A DNA stretch of 64,000 nt, from contig JBDGSL010000002.1 of NCBI GenBank assembly GCA_042217555.1, forward strand, positions 79,343 to 143,342, given 5' to 3'. The position numbers and the translations under genes were made by a program. Shown in pieces: positions 38,485 through 48,703 of this stretch (position 1 is its first letter; every line of letters starts with the position of its first letter). The DNA comes from Candidatus Nanohalobium sp. Lineage in GTDB: Archaea; Nanohalarchaeota; Nanosalinia; Nanosalinales; Nanosalinaceae. The notes beneath the pieces were generated by a model, which searched no databases, was not told the DNA's origin, and was given only the letters and a program-made list of their open reading frames with translations.

Positions 38485-38982
38485 ATGACTGAAGAAAACC
38501 CTCGAACCGATGGAATACCAGAAGAAATAGACTATGACATAGACCCAGAAGATGTTCCAGAATCTTGGGAGGACATGGTAGATGAAGAAATAGCCGACAT
38601 AGACACAGATTATCTTGATGCAGACTACGTGAATAAGGCAGGTTATGGAGAGCTGCTTGAAGCACTAGGATATGTAGACGGGGCAGTAGAAGGAAGAGAA
38701 GTCGACGTTGAGATAGATGAATACACCACAGACCAACTTAGATGGGGTTCACTAGACGGACCTGTAGTTCTCAACCTTGAGATGGATGCCACTGACATCC
38801 TAGATGATATTGACGACTCCAGACTTACATATAAAGGAAAGTTCGTGGAAGTAGATCACGAACCTCCGATTGTCCTCGGATTTGGAACTTACGAAGGAAG
38901 TTCAGACCATCAGCCGAGATTCTCAACCGAAAGCCTACGTGTCTCAGCCCCTAATAACGATTTCTACGACGGCTTCGAGTAA
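38485..38982 (+). CDS. Hypothetical acidic protein
   Basis: 165-aa ORF with SD. Confidence 0.7.
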   Translation: MTEENPRTDGIPEEIDYDIDPEDVPESWEDMVDEEIADIDTDYLDADYVNKAGYGELLEALGYVDGAVEGREVDVEIDEYTTDQLRWGSLDGPVVLNLEMDATDILDDIDDSRLTYKGKFVEVDHEPPIVLGFGTYEGSSDHQPRFSTESLRVSAPNNDFYDGFE

Positions 38983-39113
38983 CGCAAACCAGTTCAAGAT
39001 TTAAAGTTTGACTTCGATTTTCCTCACCATCCTTTCCTCTTGAGATAATACGAACACGAACATGAAAAGAATTATAAAGTTACTACGATAAGATAACAAC
39101 ATAAGGTGTCAAC

Positions 39114-40583
39114 ATGCAAAAGGTCAATCACGACCCCGAAGATAGAACTACCAGAGACAAGTTTCTGGATGTATATAACGTAGCCAGAAACGTACATCTA
39201 GAAAACGAGTTTATCGATGTCCACGGAAACCAGTTTAACCCAACAGCATACTTCGGAACGCTTTCAGCAGCACTAAACGGAAACGAACTGATTCAAGGAG
39301 ACCCGGGACGTGGTAAAACTACATCTTCAGAAGCAATTTCTTCACTTGCATACGGAGCACCATTGGAGGTCATTCAAGACGCAGAAGTGAGAGGTAACGC
39401 AGAAGCTACAGAAGAAAAGATTAAAGGAACACTCGACCTCGGAGAACTAAACCAAGGTAATGAAGTCGTACAGTGGAACGACACCGTAATGTACGCACCT
39501 AAAATCATAGACGAGATTAACAGGCTAACACCCGGCACACAAGGAACAATCCTCGACGCCGTAGACCGTAACAACTGGATACTGAAAAACGAAACAATCC
39601 GCTCACCAGACGGACCTTTCTATGCTACCGCCAACAGACAGGACGCAGGGAACACAGAAATGCCTCTCGCAATCCGAGACAGATTCGACGTAGCACTTGA
39701 AGTAAACCATCCAGGACACGAGAACCAGGAGATAATTGACGAAGGCGGACCAGATATATTCAACGAAATACTAAACGATCCAGATGTAGCAGACGACATC
39801 CGAGACATCGTAGAGGATAAAGAATACAGAAGCAAACCTCAAGAAGCAGCAAGACAGGTAACAGAAATCGCACAGGACTTCAGAACACAGATAGAAGACG
39901 AACTCACCGCACTCAAAGGAGACGGATACAAAGTACTTCTACCAACCCCTGAAGACCACCAGCAAGCACTTCAAGAAATCGATAACGTGGACTTAGGCGA
40001 CCAGGCAAGCATGTACCTGAAATTCCTTGACAAAGACCTCAACCTCTGTGGATTTGCTGACGGGAAAAGATGCAACGAACAGTGCGAATATACCGATATT
40101 CCAGCACACAGAATAGCACAGCTGGGAGGAAGAGCCACAACCTCCATCAGAGATTACGCAAAAGCCGCAGCATGGCTGGAAGGCTCTGACACTGCAACAG
40201 TAGACCATGTGGACTCCATTATTCCGTACGCACTGAACCACAGGTCAGAGTTCCAGCAAGACCCACGCAGCGTAGATGTGAAATCGCAGTACGACAGCGG
40301 AACTCACCCGATAGAGTTCAACATCTCCGCAATGATTGCTGGGGAGACAAGAGACCGTTTCGAGGAGAAAGAAGAGGGACTGAGAGAAGCACACCAGATT
40401 CAGCAGCAGGCACTTTACCCCGAAAACTTCGAAGATCCTCTTGACCCTGAAGAAGCTGTCAGCGAACTCGAAGACCTTGCAGAACAGTACGATGACGGTT
40501 CAGACGGATTCGTCCACGACTATATGATGACTGTAAGAGATGAACTAAACGAGCTACACGAAGGCTCAGACTACGGATTCTAA
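39114..40583 (+). CDS. MoxR-type AAA+ ATPase
   Basis: Walker A GDPGRGKT, Walker B IIDEINR, ATAN, DRF. Confidence 0.9.
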   Translation: MQKVNHDPEDRTTRDKFLDVYNVARNVHLENEFIDVHGNQFNPTAYFGTLSAALNGNELIQGDPGRGKTTSSEAISSLAYGAPLEVIQDAEVRGNAEATEEKIKGTLDLGELNQGNEVVQWNDTVMYAPKIIDEINRLTPGTQGTILDAVDRNNWILKNETIRSPDGPFYATANRQDAGNTEMPLAIRDRFDVALEVNHPGHENQEIIDEGGPDIFNEILNDPDVADDIRDIVEDKEYRSKPQEAARQVTEIAQDFRTQIEDELTALKGDGYKVLLPTPEDHQQALQEIDNVDLGDQASMYLKFLDKDLNLCGFADGKRCNEQCEYTDIPAHRIAQLGGRATTSIRDYAKAAAWLEGSDTATVDHVDSIIPYALNHRSEFQQDPRSVDVKSQYDSGTHPIEFNISAMIAGETRDRFEEKEEGLREAHQIQQQALYPENFEDPLDPEEAVSELEDLAEQYDDGSDGFVHDYMMTVRDELNELHEGSDYGF

Positions 40584-40604
40584 CAATTTTTGAGGTGACA
40601 AACC

Positions 40605-42248
40605 GTGAGCTGGGAAGAAGAACTGGATGAAGCCTTGGAAGAGGCTAGAGAAGACTTAGGTTTCCCACCTATAGATGACTGGGAGAAAGAGCCAGGTATA
40701 GGAACAGCTGCGGTTGACATGAGTGCAGTAAGAGGCAAAGTAATGGTAGACCCAGAATTTGCACCTCAACTATCCAATACGGCAAAAAAGGGTTTAATGA
40801 GCCACGAACTCGGCCACCCTAAAAAACATCCCAAAGACGCTAAGACAGCTATCCTTGAGAACCACTGGGGCAAAGAATACAACAATTCCGGAACAGTAGT
40901 CAATCTCTTCGATGACCTCGTGGACAACATCAGCCTGATAATGCAGGGACGTGACAGCCAGGCCGAAGAACTCGAAGCACTATACAGAGAAATATCAGAC
41001 AACCAGCACATGGTTGAAGACGTGATAAGAAGAAGATACGAAGAAGTATCAGACATCAGACACGGAACCGAGGGAGAATTTGACTACGGCTCCACGGTTT
41101 ACGACCCTGAAGGAGAACAGAAAGAACTTCTACAGGTACTACAGTCCATAGACTTCCGACGAAATGAAATTATAGAAGACCACGAGTTCTACTTCCACAA
41201 GTTCGCCTCAGCCTTCGACCCTCACCTCGATGACATGCAACAATCTGGAGACGGTCAGGGAGAACCACAGCAAGGAGAAGGTCAAGAACAGCAGCAGGGA
41301 GAAAGCGGCGGACAAGGAGACGAATACGGAGAAGAGCAGCCATCCGACATAGGAGGAGATGTAGGAGTAGACAGCTTCTCGGAAGATGAAATAGAAGACG
41401 CACTTGACGAAATCGCCCGAGACGAAGAAATAGATGCCGATGAATTTGAAGACATACTCGAAGACACGGCTGAAGAAATAGGAGAAGGCGCCGGAGACCA
41501 GCTAAACCAGAAGATGAACCAGGCAATCGCAACATATTACGACAGTCTCTCTCGACAATACAACCTGAAGATAGAAGGAAGCGTAGCCAACAGGGTCGGA
41601 ACAGCACCGAACGGCCACAAGGACTGGGAACTAGGCGATAGAAGTGACATGATAGACCCAGAAAACAGTCTCGGAAAAGTAGGAATGCCAGGGGTCACCA
41701 AGACACGGAAAATGGACGGATACGAGATGCATGGCGGACAAGCAGAAGGAAAACCGGATGCAACAATTATCCTTGACTCGTCAGGTTCGATGCAAGACCC
41801 TGAAGAACAGACCTCCTACGCAGTTCTCGGAGCATTCTGTGCAGCCAATTCATACCTCGGCAATGGTTCAGAAGTAGCAGTCGCCAACTTCAGCAATGAG
41901 ACAGAAATTACCGAGTTCACGAAGGATCAGACAGAAGTTCAAGAAGCTCTGGTAGACTATCAAGCTGGAGGCACAAACCTCGATGTAGAAGCAATACAGG
42001 AATTGGAAGGACAGAAAACCGAAGACACACACTCAATCCTGATCACCGATGCAGGAATAGAAAACTTTGACGACACCGTCGAATACCTGGAAAACAGTCA
42101 CGGCAGGAACACCGTTCTCTGGATAAACGGCGAATACGACGATTTGCCAGAAGAATACAGTGAACTACAAGAAGCACCTCAAACCTCGCTCTACCATATA
42201 CAAGATGAAAGCGACATACCAAACGTCGTCCTCGGTGAAGTAAGATGA
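40605..42248 (+). CDS. HExxH metallopeptidase-like domain + acidic linker + VWA domain
   Basis: SHELGH...NLFDDLVDN; MIDAS DSSGS, GGT, ITD. Confidence 0.88.
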   Translation: MSWEEELDEALEEAREDLGFPPIDDWEKEPGIGTAAVDMSAVRGKVMVDPEFAPQLSNTAKKGLMSHELGHPKKHPKDAKTAILENHWGKEYNNSGTVVNLFDDLVDNISLIMQGRDSQAEELEALYREISDNQHMVEDVIRRRYEEVSDIRHGTEGEFDYGSTVYDPEGEQKELLQVLQSIDFRRNEIIEDHEFYFHKFASAFDPHLDDMQQSGDGQGEPQQGEGQEQQQGESGGQGDEYGEEQPSDIGGDVGVDSFSEDEIEDALDEIARDEEIDADEFEDILEDTAEEIGEGAGDQLNQKMNQAIATYYDSLSRQYNLKIEGSVANRVGTAPNGHKDWELGDRSDMIDPENSLGKVGMPGVTKTRKMDGYEMHGGQAEGKPDATIILDSSGSMQDPEEQTSYAVLGAFCAANSYLGNGSEVAVANFSNETEITEFTKDQTEVQEALVDYQAGGTNLDVEAIQELEGQKTEDTHSILITDAGIENFDDTVEYLENSHGRNTVLWINGEYDDLPEEYSELQEAPQTSLYHIQDESDIPNVVLGEVR

Positions 42249-43099
42249 AACAAAGCAGACTATATAGCGAAATTCTCGAAGAGAGGGATGAAGAGACTCA
42301 TCGACCTAATCCTGTCTCTAATGAAAACCAATCCGATTACTCTATTCATGATGCCTACAACGATTGGCTGGCGCAACTACCTGATCTTAAAAATGAATAT
42401 CAAGATATAGGTAACTTGGGAAATGATATCTACAGAGCTAGAGACAACAAATATAGAGAAGCCCTCTTCCTTGCGGAAAAAGCGACTTACGATAAAGAAG
42501 ATCTTCAAACCTTCCTAAATGGAAACTGGGCTATTGGTTGGAGAGATGAAATGACAACAGAAAGTGCCTCCAGTCATAAAGATTACCTACATCATGAGCA
42601 TAAAATCAAACAGGGAATATTTGCATCGGCATTCATAGAGATTTTAGATAACGAAATAGTTTCTATTCCAAGTGTAGATGTAGAAGGAATTGGATATGGG
42701 AATACCAGTAATATCCGGGTTGAAGGGGATGTCAAGGCCGGTTCCTTCTGTGATAAAATGAGCGGAGGGAACGTTATAGTCGAGGGCGATATCACCGATA
42801 CACTCGGTAATGGAATGACTGGCGGCGAAATAGAGGTAAGAGGTGATGCAGACACAGTTTTGGACAATGAAGATTCTTCTACGATCAAAATTGAGGGGGA
42901 TTTACGAAGATATCTTGGGGTAGGCGGAACAACTAGGGTCTCTGGAAATTTAGAGGAAATTACAGGCCTCGGTATTGCCGGAGAAGTATACGTGGAGGGA
43001 GAAATTAATAATTTAGGAATTGATCTGCCAGAAGATGTAACTATATATCAAAAACAAGACGGAAACTGGACTGAGGTTTTTCCAAGTGATTCTCAGTGA
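42245..43099 (+). CDS. GXGXG/FwdC-like beta-helix protein, paralogue 1
   Basis: MSGGNVIVEGD, GNGMTGGEIEVRGD. Confidence 0.8.
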   Translation: MKQSRLYSEILEERDEETHRPNPVSNENQSDYSIHDAYNDWLAQLPDLKNEYQDIGNLGNDIYRARDNKYREALFLAEKATYDKEDLQTFLNGNWAIGWRDEMTTESASSHKDYLHHEHKIKQGIFASAFIEILDNEIVSIPSVDVEGIGYGNTSNIRVEGDVKAGSFCDKMSGGNVIVEGDITDTLGNGMTGGEIEVRGDADTVLDNEDSSTIKIEGDLRRYLGVGGTTRVSGNLEEITGLGIAGEVYVEGEINNLGIDLPEDVTIYQKQDGNWTEVFPSDSQ

Positions 43100-44343
43100 A
43101 ACAACGCGATATTTACAGAGATATCTTGGATAAAAGCAGCGGAGAACAGAGGAATAGCATGTCTCAGCCAGGCCAAGATTTCAATATAGTCACGAACCCT
43201 ATGCTAGAGCAGTTCAGATTCTTGCAGAATACCTATGAAGAATGGGGAGAGGTTATTGAAGAAGAGGGTATAGATGAGAGTAGAGAAAAATTGGAAGTTG
43301 CTGAAGAACTTTTAGACGAAAATTATTCTGAAGAAGCTATTCACGACCTTTTAAGCGAATTCAAAGACCGAGATTGGAGCATTAATGAACCAAACCAAAG
43401 TATCTACATGTCAGCCGTAATAAATCAAATAGGCGACGAAACTATCTCAATCGAACCAGATAATCTTTCTGAACTAACTGGTTTAGAAGGACTAGGATAC
43501 AGGAATAAAACCGATGTCACTATTGAGGGAGACATATATGAAAACATATTCCGGGAGAACATAGCAGGTAATGTCAATATTGAAGGTGACATTAACTCCC
43601 GAGTTGGGGAGGAAATGATGGGCGGCACCATCAAGGTAAACGGAGACGTCACTGGGACCTTCGGAATAGGACGTCATATGCAGGGAGGACGAATAATAGT
43701 AGAGGGATACGTCGAGAAAGCAGGAACCGGTATGAAAAATGGATTTGTTAGAGTTACAGAAGAAGCCGAAAAACTCGGAAAAAGCATGGAAGGTGGAGAA
43801 ATAGGTTCAGAGCAATCTGTTGAAAAACTTGCGAATTCCGCAAAAGGAGGAATTGCATGGGTCAATGACGATGCTGAAGAAGTTGGAAATTATGCTAAGG
43901 GTGGCCTAATTTACGTAGCAGGGGACGCTGAAGAAATCGGTGAAAGAAGCAGAGATGGAGAGATCTACATAGAAGGAGAAATCGGAAATATTGGAGAAAG
44001 ATGTGGTGCAGACGTATATCAGTGGAGAGACGGCGAATGGGAGTTAGTCCACGAAGGAGAAGACCGACAACCTCGACGCAACCAAGGAAAGAGTAAAAGC
44101 ACCAGCACACCCACTAAAACCTCTAGAAGTTCTTCAGAGATAATGGAACACGAAGAGTCTTATGAAGAACTTGAAGAAATGAACAATATTCTGGAGTATG
44201 ATGACGATGACTTCGGATTCTATGATGAAGAAAGTTACGAGACTAAAACTAAGGAAGCCCCAACTGGACTGGCTGAAAAAGTAGAGGAACTCGATCCACT
44301 TTCTGAAAAACCGATAGAAGAGCAGTTGAGGGATGAGGAATGA
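43096..44343 (+). CDS. GXGXG/FwdC-like beta-helix protein, paralogue 2
   Basis: GEEMMGGTIKVNGD, GRHMQGGRIIVEG. Confidence 0.82.
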   Translation: MKQRDIYRDILDKSSGEQRNSMSQPGQDFNIVTNPMLEQFRFLQNTYEEWGEVIEEEGIDESREKLEVAEELLDENYSEEAIHDLLSEFKDRDWSINEPNQSIYMSAVINQIGDETISIEPDNLSELTGLEGLGYRNKTDVTIEGDIYENIFRENIAGNVNIEGDINSRVGEEMMGGTIKVNGDVTGTFGIGRHMQGGRIIVEGYVEKAGTGMKNGFVRVTEEAEKLGKSMEGGEIGSEQSVEKLANSAKGGIAWVNDDAEEVGNYAKGGLIYVAGDAEEIGERSRDGEIYIEGEIGNIGERCGADVYQWRDGEWELVHEGEDRQPRRNQGKSKSTSTPTKTSRSSSEIMEHEESYEELEEMNNILEYDDDDFGFYDEESYETKTKEAPTGLAEKVEELDPLSEKPIEEQLRDEE

Positions 44344-45148
44344 AACAGAGCGAACTGTATAGTGATATTTTGGAGTCAGAGACAGCAGATAAAATAGTTT
44401 CAGGAGACACTCAGGCAAGCATAAGTCCTGATTATACTGTAAGAGATGCTTACAACGATTGGAAATCTAGCTTGCCTGATATGCCAGAAGATTCTGAAGC
44501 ATTCAAACAGCTTAGTAAAATCAAGGATCAAAAATATGAAGAAGCACTTGAATTAGCTTCTGTAGCCGAATACGACCAAAGCGACCTATTCGCATTTCTT
44601 AAATAGATTGGCGAAAAGGCTGGGAAGACGACATCGGAAATTATGAGAAGAATCCAAGTTCGGTAAGAGACGGAATATTTGCTTCTGCATTTGCTGAAGC
44701 ATTAGAAGCTCAAGAAGTTCGAGTTCCTGATATGTCGGGTGTTTTTGAGTTCGGATACCGTAACAGCAGCGATTTAATAGTTGAAGGAGATGTTGGAGAC
44801 TCCTTTGGCATAATGATGGAAAGTGGGAAAGTAACGGTCAGAGGTGACTCTGATCTCAATCTTGCTCACACCATGAAAGATGGTGAAATAGAAGTCGAAG
44901 GTGATGTTGAAGGGATCTGGAATCCAAGCGGAAGGGTCGTGGTTCAAGGAGATGTAGAAAGTGCCTACCAGATCGAAGGCGAGCTAATTGTGAAGGGAGA
45001 TATTGACGAAATATCTGGAGATGACCGTTTCGAACGAGAAGGAGAGATACGTGTAGAAGGAGAAATAGGCTCAGTTAATGAAGAAGAAATTGAAGGAACA
45101 GAAGTCTATCAAAACCAAAATGGAAACTGGGAGCAAGTTTTTCCCTAG
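44340..45148 (+). CDS. GXGXG beta-helix protein, paralogue 3, -1 frameshift at ~44602
   Basis: Adding one A joins 44340..44606 to 44732..45148; colinear with paralogue 1. Confidence 0.75.
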
Positions 45149-45157
45149 GTGAAAGAA

Positions 45158-45331
45158 ATGAAAATTAGCGACCTATATGAAGATGTATTAGCTTCAGAGC
45201 AAGAAAGAGCTTCAAATAGGACTATCTCTGAGGAAAAAGAATCTGAAGGGCTAATACCTCATTTCCAGCAATTCTATGAAGATCACGAGTTAAACGAACA
45301 CGAAACTGCGACCGAAATATCTGAGGAGTAG
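45158..45331 (+). pseudogene. Truncated paralogue 4 (N-terminal tag only)
   Basis: MKISDLYEDVLA; cut off at the resolvase junction. Confidence 0.6.
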
Positions 45332-45822
45332 CTTTTTTCGGAGTATTTCAGTGCGATGGATTCTTTTTCGCTTTCTGTGAGGCTGGAGGGACGCCCGACC
45401 TTGCCCTCTTGCTTGGCTTTCTCGAACCCTTCTTCCATTCTGCGGCGTATCATCTTCCGCTCTAAGTCGGCGAACAGTGCAAGCTGGTTCAGTAGGAACT
45501 CGCCATACATCTCATCCTCTGTATTGATGGGCTGGTCGAGTGCCTGGAACTCCGCACCGTTCTCACGGACTTTATTGATGCGTTCTAGGAAGTCTTGGAG
45601 TGAGCGGGCGAAACGGTCTATTTTCGTGACAACAACCTTGTCGTAGTCTTCGATGTTCTGCATTATTTTCTCGAACTCAGGGCGTTCTTTGATACTGGAT
45701 GCTTTCTCACTGTAGAGGTCGAAATTCCAGTCCTCCTGTTCAGCGTGTTCACGAAGTTTTTCTTCCTGTGGTTCAAGGTCTTGATTCTGTGTGGATACAC
45801 GGGCATATAATGCGGCTTTCAT
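45283..45822 (-). CDS. Serine recombinase (resolvase/invertase), C-terminal HTH probably truncated
   Basis: YARVST..Q, RPEF, KIDRFARS, GRP. Confidence 0.93.
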   Translation of the reverse strand: MKAALYARVSTQNQDLEPQEEKLREHAEQEDWNFDLYSEKASSIKERPEFEKIMQNIEDYDKVVVTKIDRFARSLQDFLERINKVRENGAEFQALDQPINTEDEMYGEFLLNQLALFADLERKMIRRRMEEGFEKAKQEGKVGRPSSLTESEKESIALKYSEKSYSSDISVAVSCSFNS

Positions 45823-45980
45823 AGCGGTTCTTCAGAAACAACAGTATAATGCAACTTAAAGCCTTCGAAACCTTCCTGCTTCAGAAACATATGGTTTCGG
45901 ATTTATCTCTAATTCTGTATGTCATCACCGACACATTTATAAAGTTACTACTACAATATAACAACATAAGGTGAACAACC

Positions 45981-46631
45981 ATGGGAGAAGACATCATTCA
46001 CGAGAATGCTTCCGAATACATCGAAACTGGAGATGTTCGGGAAGTTCTCAACGACTACGACCACAACTTTGGAAACACTGAATATGGAGCTTACAACGTG
46101 GATGCTCTAGAAGGAAAATTGGATGTAGAAGGAGAAGAACACCCAGTCCACTACCAGATGAAGAAGATGGGAGCGGAGTTCCTCGCCCGTGATATGCTCA
46201 GAGATGGGGTAGTTGAAGTCATAAGATGGGATGGAGGATACTCAGGAAACAGAAAACAACCATCTGGAAGTATTGTAGGCCGGCCCTCGGCTAGCGATAA
46301 AGGTTCTGCCAAACTCAGAGATTTTGATGCAAGAGATTTCGGAGATTTCTACCAAGAAGTTTTAGAGAAAGATGCATCAGAACACGGGTTTGCACGAGAT
46401 AGCGATGCTACAGCAGCAACTGCGGTCGCACTTTCAGCGATTGACAGAGCATTAGAAGACGAATTAGAAGACGAAGTTAACAACTATACCAGAAACGAAG
46501 ACGCTTCTGTTTTTCAGATGCATCAACAGCCAAGCAGTGAGCGCTACATTGGAGAAGTAGCTAATGACGCAGAAGCACAAGCCTTCCAGCCAAAGTCATT
46601 CGGTCAGAGAGTTGTAGAGAAACTCAGCTAA
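45981..46631 (+). CDS. Hypothetical protein sharing its promoter sequence with the MoxR gene
   Basis: 216-aa ORF, SD AGGTGA. Confidence 0.75.
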   Translation: MGEDIIHENASEYIETGDVREVLNDYDHNFGNTEYGAYNVDALEGKLDVEGEEHPVHYQMKKMGAEFLARDMLRDGVVEVIRWDGGYSGNRKQPSGSIVGRPSASDKGSAKLRDFDARDFGDFYQEVLEKDASEHGFARDSDATAATAVALSAIDRALEDELEDEVNNYTRNEDASVFQMHQQPSSERYIGEVANDAEAQAFQPKSFGQRVVEKLS

Positions 46632-46725
46632 ACAGCTTCCATTTAGGAAGCACTCATTTCCTCTTTTTCTTCTATTTTTGAATCAGATAGAAAATCCTTT
46701 TATTTGACCAGTAACACGATAACTT

Positions 46726-47447
46726 ATGGTTTTAGATAACGAGGAGGCTAAATGGGATGAAGAAGAAAGACAGTTTCAGAATCCGAAAGATGTAAAACAT
46801 CAAATCCGTGACTCCTATATCTTCAGAAACCCTGGAGAGTGGGAAGCACAGGTAGAAGCACTTACAAGGAAAGAAGATAAAGCCGCTCACAACTCCTCAA
46901 AGGCGTAGAAAGATTAGAAGCAGAAACTAAAGAAATTTTGGAGGAAGAAGAACACTTTAAGAACTTTCTCAACGGTCTTATGAGAGATATAGAAAAACTT
47001 GAGGAAAGAGAAGGTAAAGTAGATGAAATTCTCGAAGCAGAAAATGAGATGGAGAGAACAAGAAATCAAGCCTTTGAAGGTGCTGGCGAAGATGAACGAG
47101 TAGGTATGAGAAATATTGAAAACGCCTTAAGAGATTCTTTAGAAGATGAAGTAGAGATGCTTCACGTCATTAGACACAAGATTGAACTCGGTCATAAAGT
47201 CTTACAGGATATAAAAGCTAGGCTGGATAGAGAAGAAGGAGATGTGGCGACTGTTGATGATATAGAGGAAAAAATGCTGGAAGGTGAAGAAAAGATAACA
47301 GAGATTCTGCAAGAGATAAGCCATAAATCTGACCTCAACCTCCACGTGGATGCGGGAGATGCAAAAAAGAACATCGCAAATATGAGCAGAGCTAATCTAA
47401 GCGAGGACGCAGAATACCTATTGAACAAAGTTTCAGACACACATTAA
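46726..47447 (+). CDS. Coiled-coil hypothetical protein, probable frameshift near 46890
   Basis: The frame of 46938..47447 extends upstream (QLLKGVERLEAETKEI) into 46726..46908. Confidence 0.55.
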
Positions 47448-48326
47448 TCAAACACAAACTTGTCAAACTGAATCCGACACCCCTCTGTATTCCCCTACGG
47501 ACACGCACACGCCTGAACCCTGCGGAAACAACCCTTCTAATTCCTGAAAACAGGTTCAAACAAGGCACTTTGCAGGGCTTGGCTACATCTGTAGGGAGTT
47601 TTCCGCCATATAATTGTCGGGAATCTCCACTGAGTCGGTTCTGAAGATTTCTCCCCGACGTGGTTGGGGATGCTCTCGGTCATATAATACCAGTGCGAAG
47701 CTATAGTCGTTCTCAGGGTCAAGAGGGAAGTAATCAGGGTTTGTCCAGTCAAGACCGTCCTCTAGCCGCCCCTGAATAAGTTCCCTGTAATCCTTCTTGC
47801 TCCATTCTTCTGGGTTCGAGTTCAGGTCGAATCGTGCTACGGACAGTCGTATATCGCCCTTCAGGAGGCAGAAGACGAGGAAATCTGGGAAAAAGAAAGG
47901 ATAACGGAAGCAGAAATTCTTCTCCGTGTAGAGGATGATAAGCTCCAAGAAATACGGAAGCAACTACAGAAAACCTACCGCAACATCCAGAAACGTTTGA
48001 AAGAGATACACGAGGAAAACGCTAAAACCTACAAAGACATCTCAGATATACAGATTATGGAGCTTCTGACAGGCGAGAAAAACAGGATTTCTGACACTTT
48101 ATTCCAAATGGAAGACAAGGAAGGCGGGCTAGGAGAGGAAGAACAGAAGGAAATTGAAATGCTTCTGCAAGGCAGATACTGAACCGAAAAATGTAAAGTC
48201 CGCCACCACCGATATAGATTTGGGGCATAGTCCTACAAACTCGACACTCCAGACACAGTCCTGGGGGGCTAAACTTTTCCCTGTCTGGAGTAGCTTCTTA
48301 TCGTTTCGGTTGCAGAAACAGTTTTT

Positions 48327-48608
48327 ATGACAGAGGTACGTGCATCACACATCCTGGTAGATAACAAGGAACATGCAAAACAGTTGAAGCTCAAGATCGA
48401 AAGAGATGAAGCCTCGTTTGAGGAACTGGCGGAGGAGCATTCCGAGTGCCCTTCAAGGAGTAAAGGCGGCGATCTCGGATTCTTCGGAAGGGGAAAGATG
48501 GCTAAACCGTTCGAGAAGAAGGCCTTTGAAATGGACATAGGCGAGGTCTCAGATCCGGTGAAGACGGAGTTCGGATGGCATATCATCCGAAAAGACGATG
48601 AACGGTAA
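48327..48608 (+). CDS. ppiC: Parvulin-type peptidyl-prolyl isomerase
   Basis: RASHILV, GGDLGFF, VKTEFGWHII. Confidence 0.95.
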   Translation: MTEVRASHILVDNKEHAKQLKLKIERDEASFEELAEEHSECPSRSKGGDLGFFGRGKMAKPFEKKAFEMDIGEVSDPVKTEFGWHIIRKDDER

Positions 48609-48703
48609 TCCTCTTTTTCCTGTGAAGCAGAAGAATCTTTTTTGAGAGACCGGAAGGGGTTGGCCCGGACATCTTTTATTTCTTCAGACAGGTTAGTCTA
48701 AGC

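Larger units (their letters stand above)
35965..48274. mobile_element. Integrated element at tRNA-Gln(TTG), ~12.3 kb
   Basis: Direct repeats TCCTG7CTAAAC (35965-35981) and TCCTG6CTAAAC (48259-48274); integrase beside the tRNA. Confidence 0.85.

Noticed and set aside
42245..45148. True FwdC or glutamate synthase subunits
   Set aside because: No partner subunits; divergent tandem paralogues with unrelated N-termini inside an island
48190..48240. RNase P RNA-like AAAGTCCGCCACC
   Set aside because: No preceding GAGG and no matching 3' P4 strand nearby
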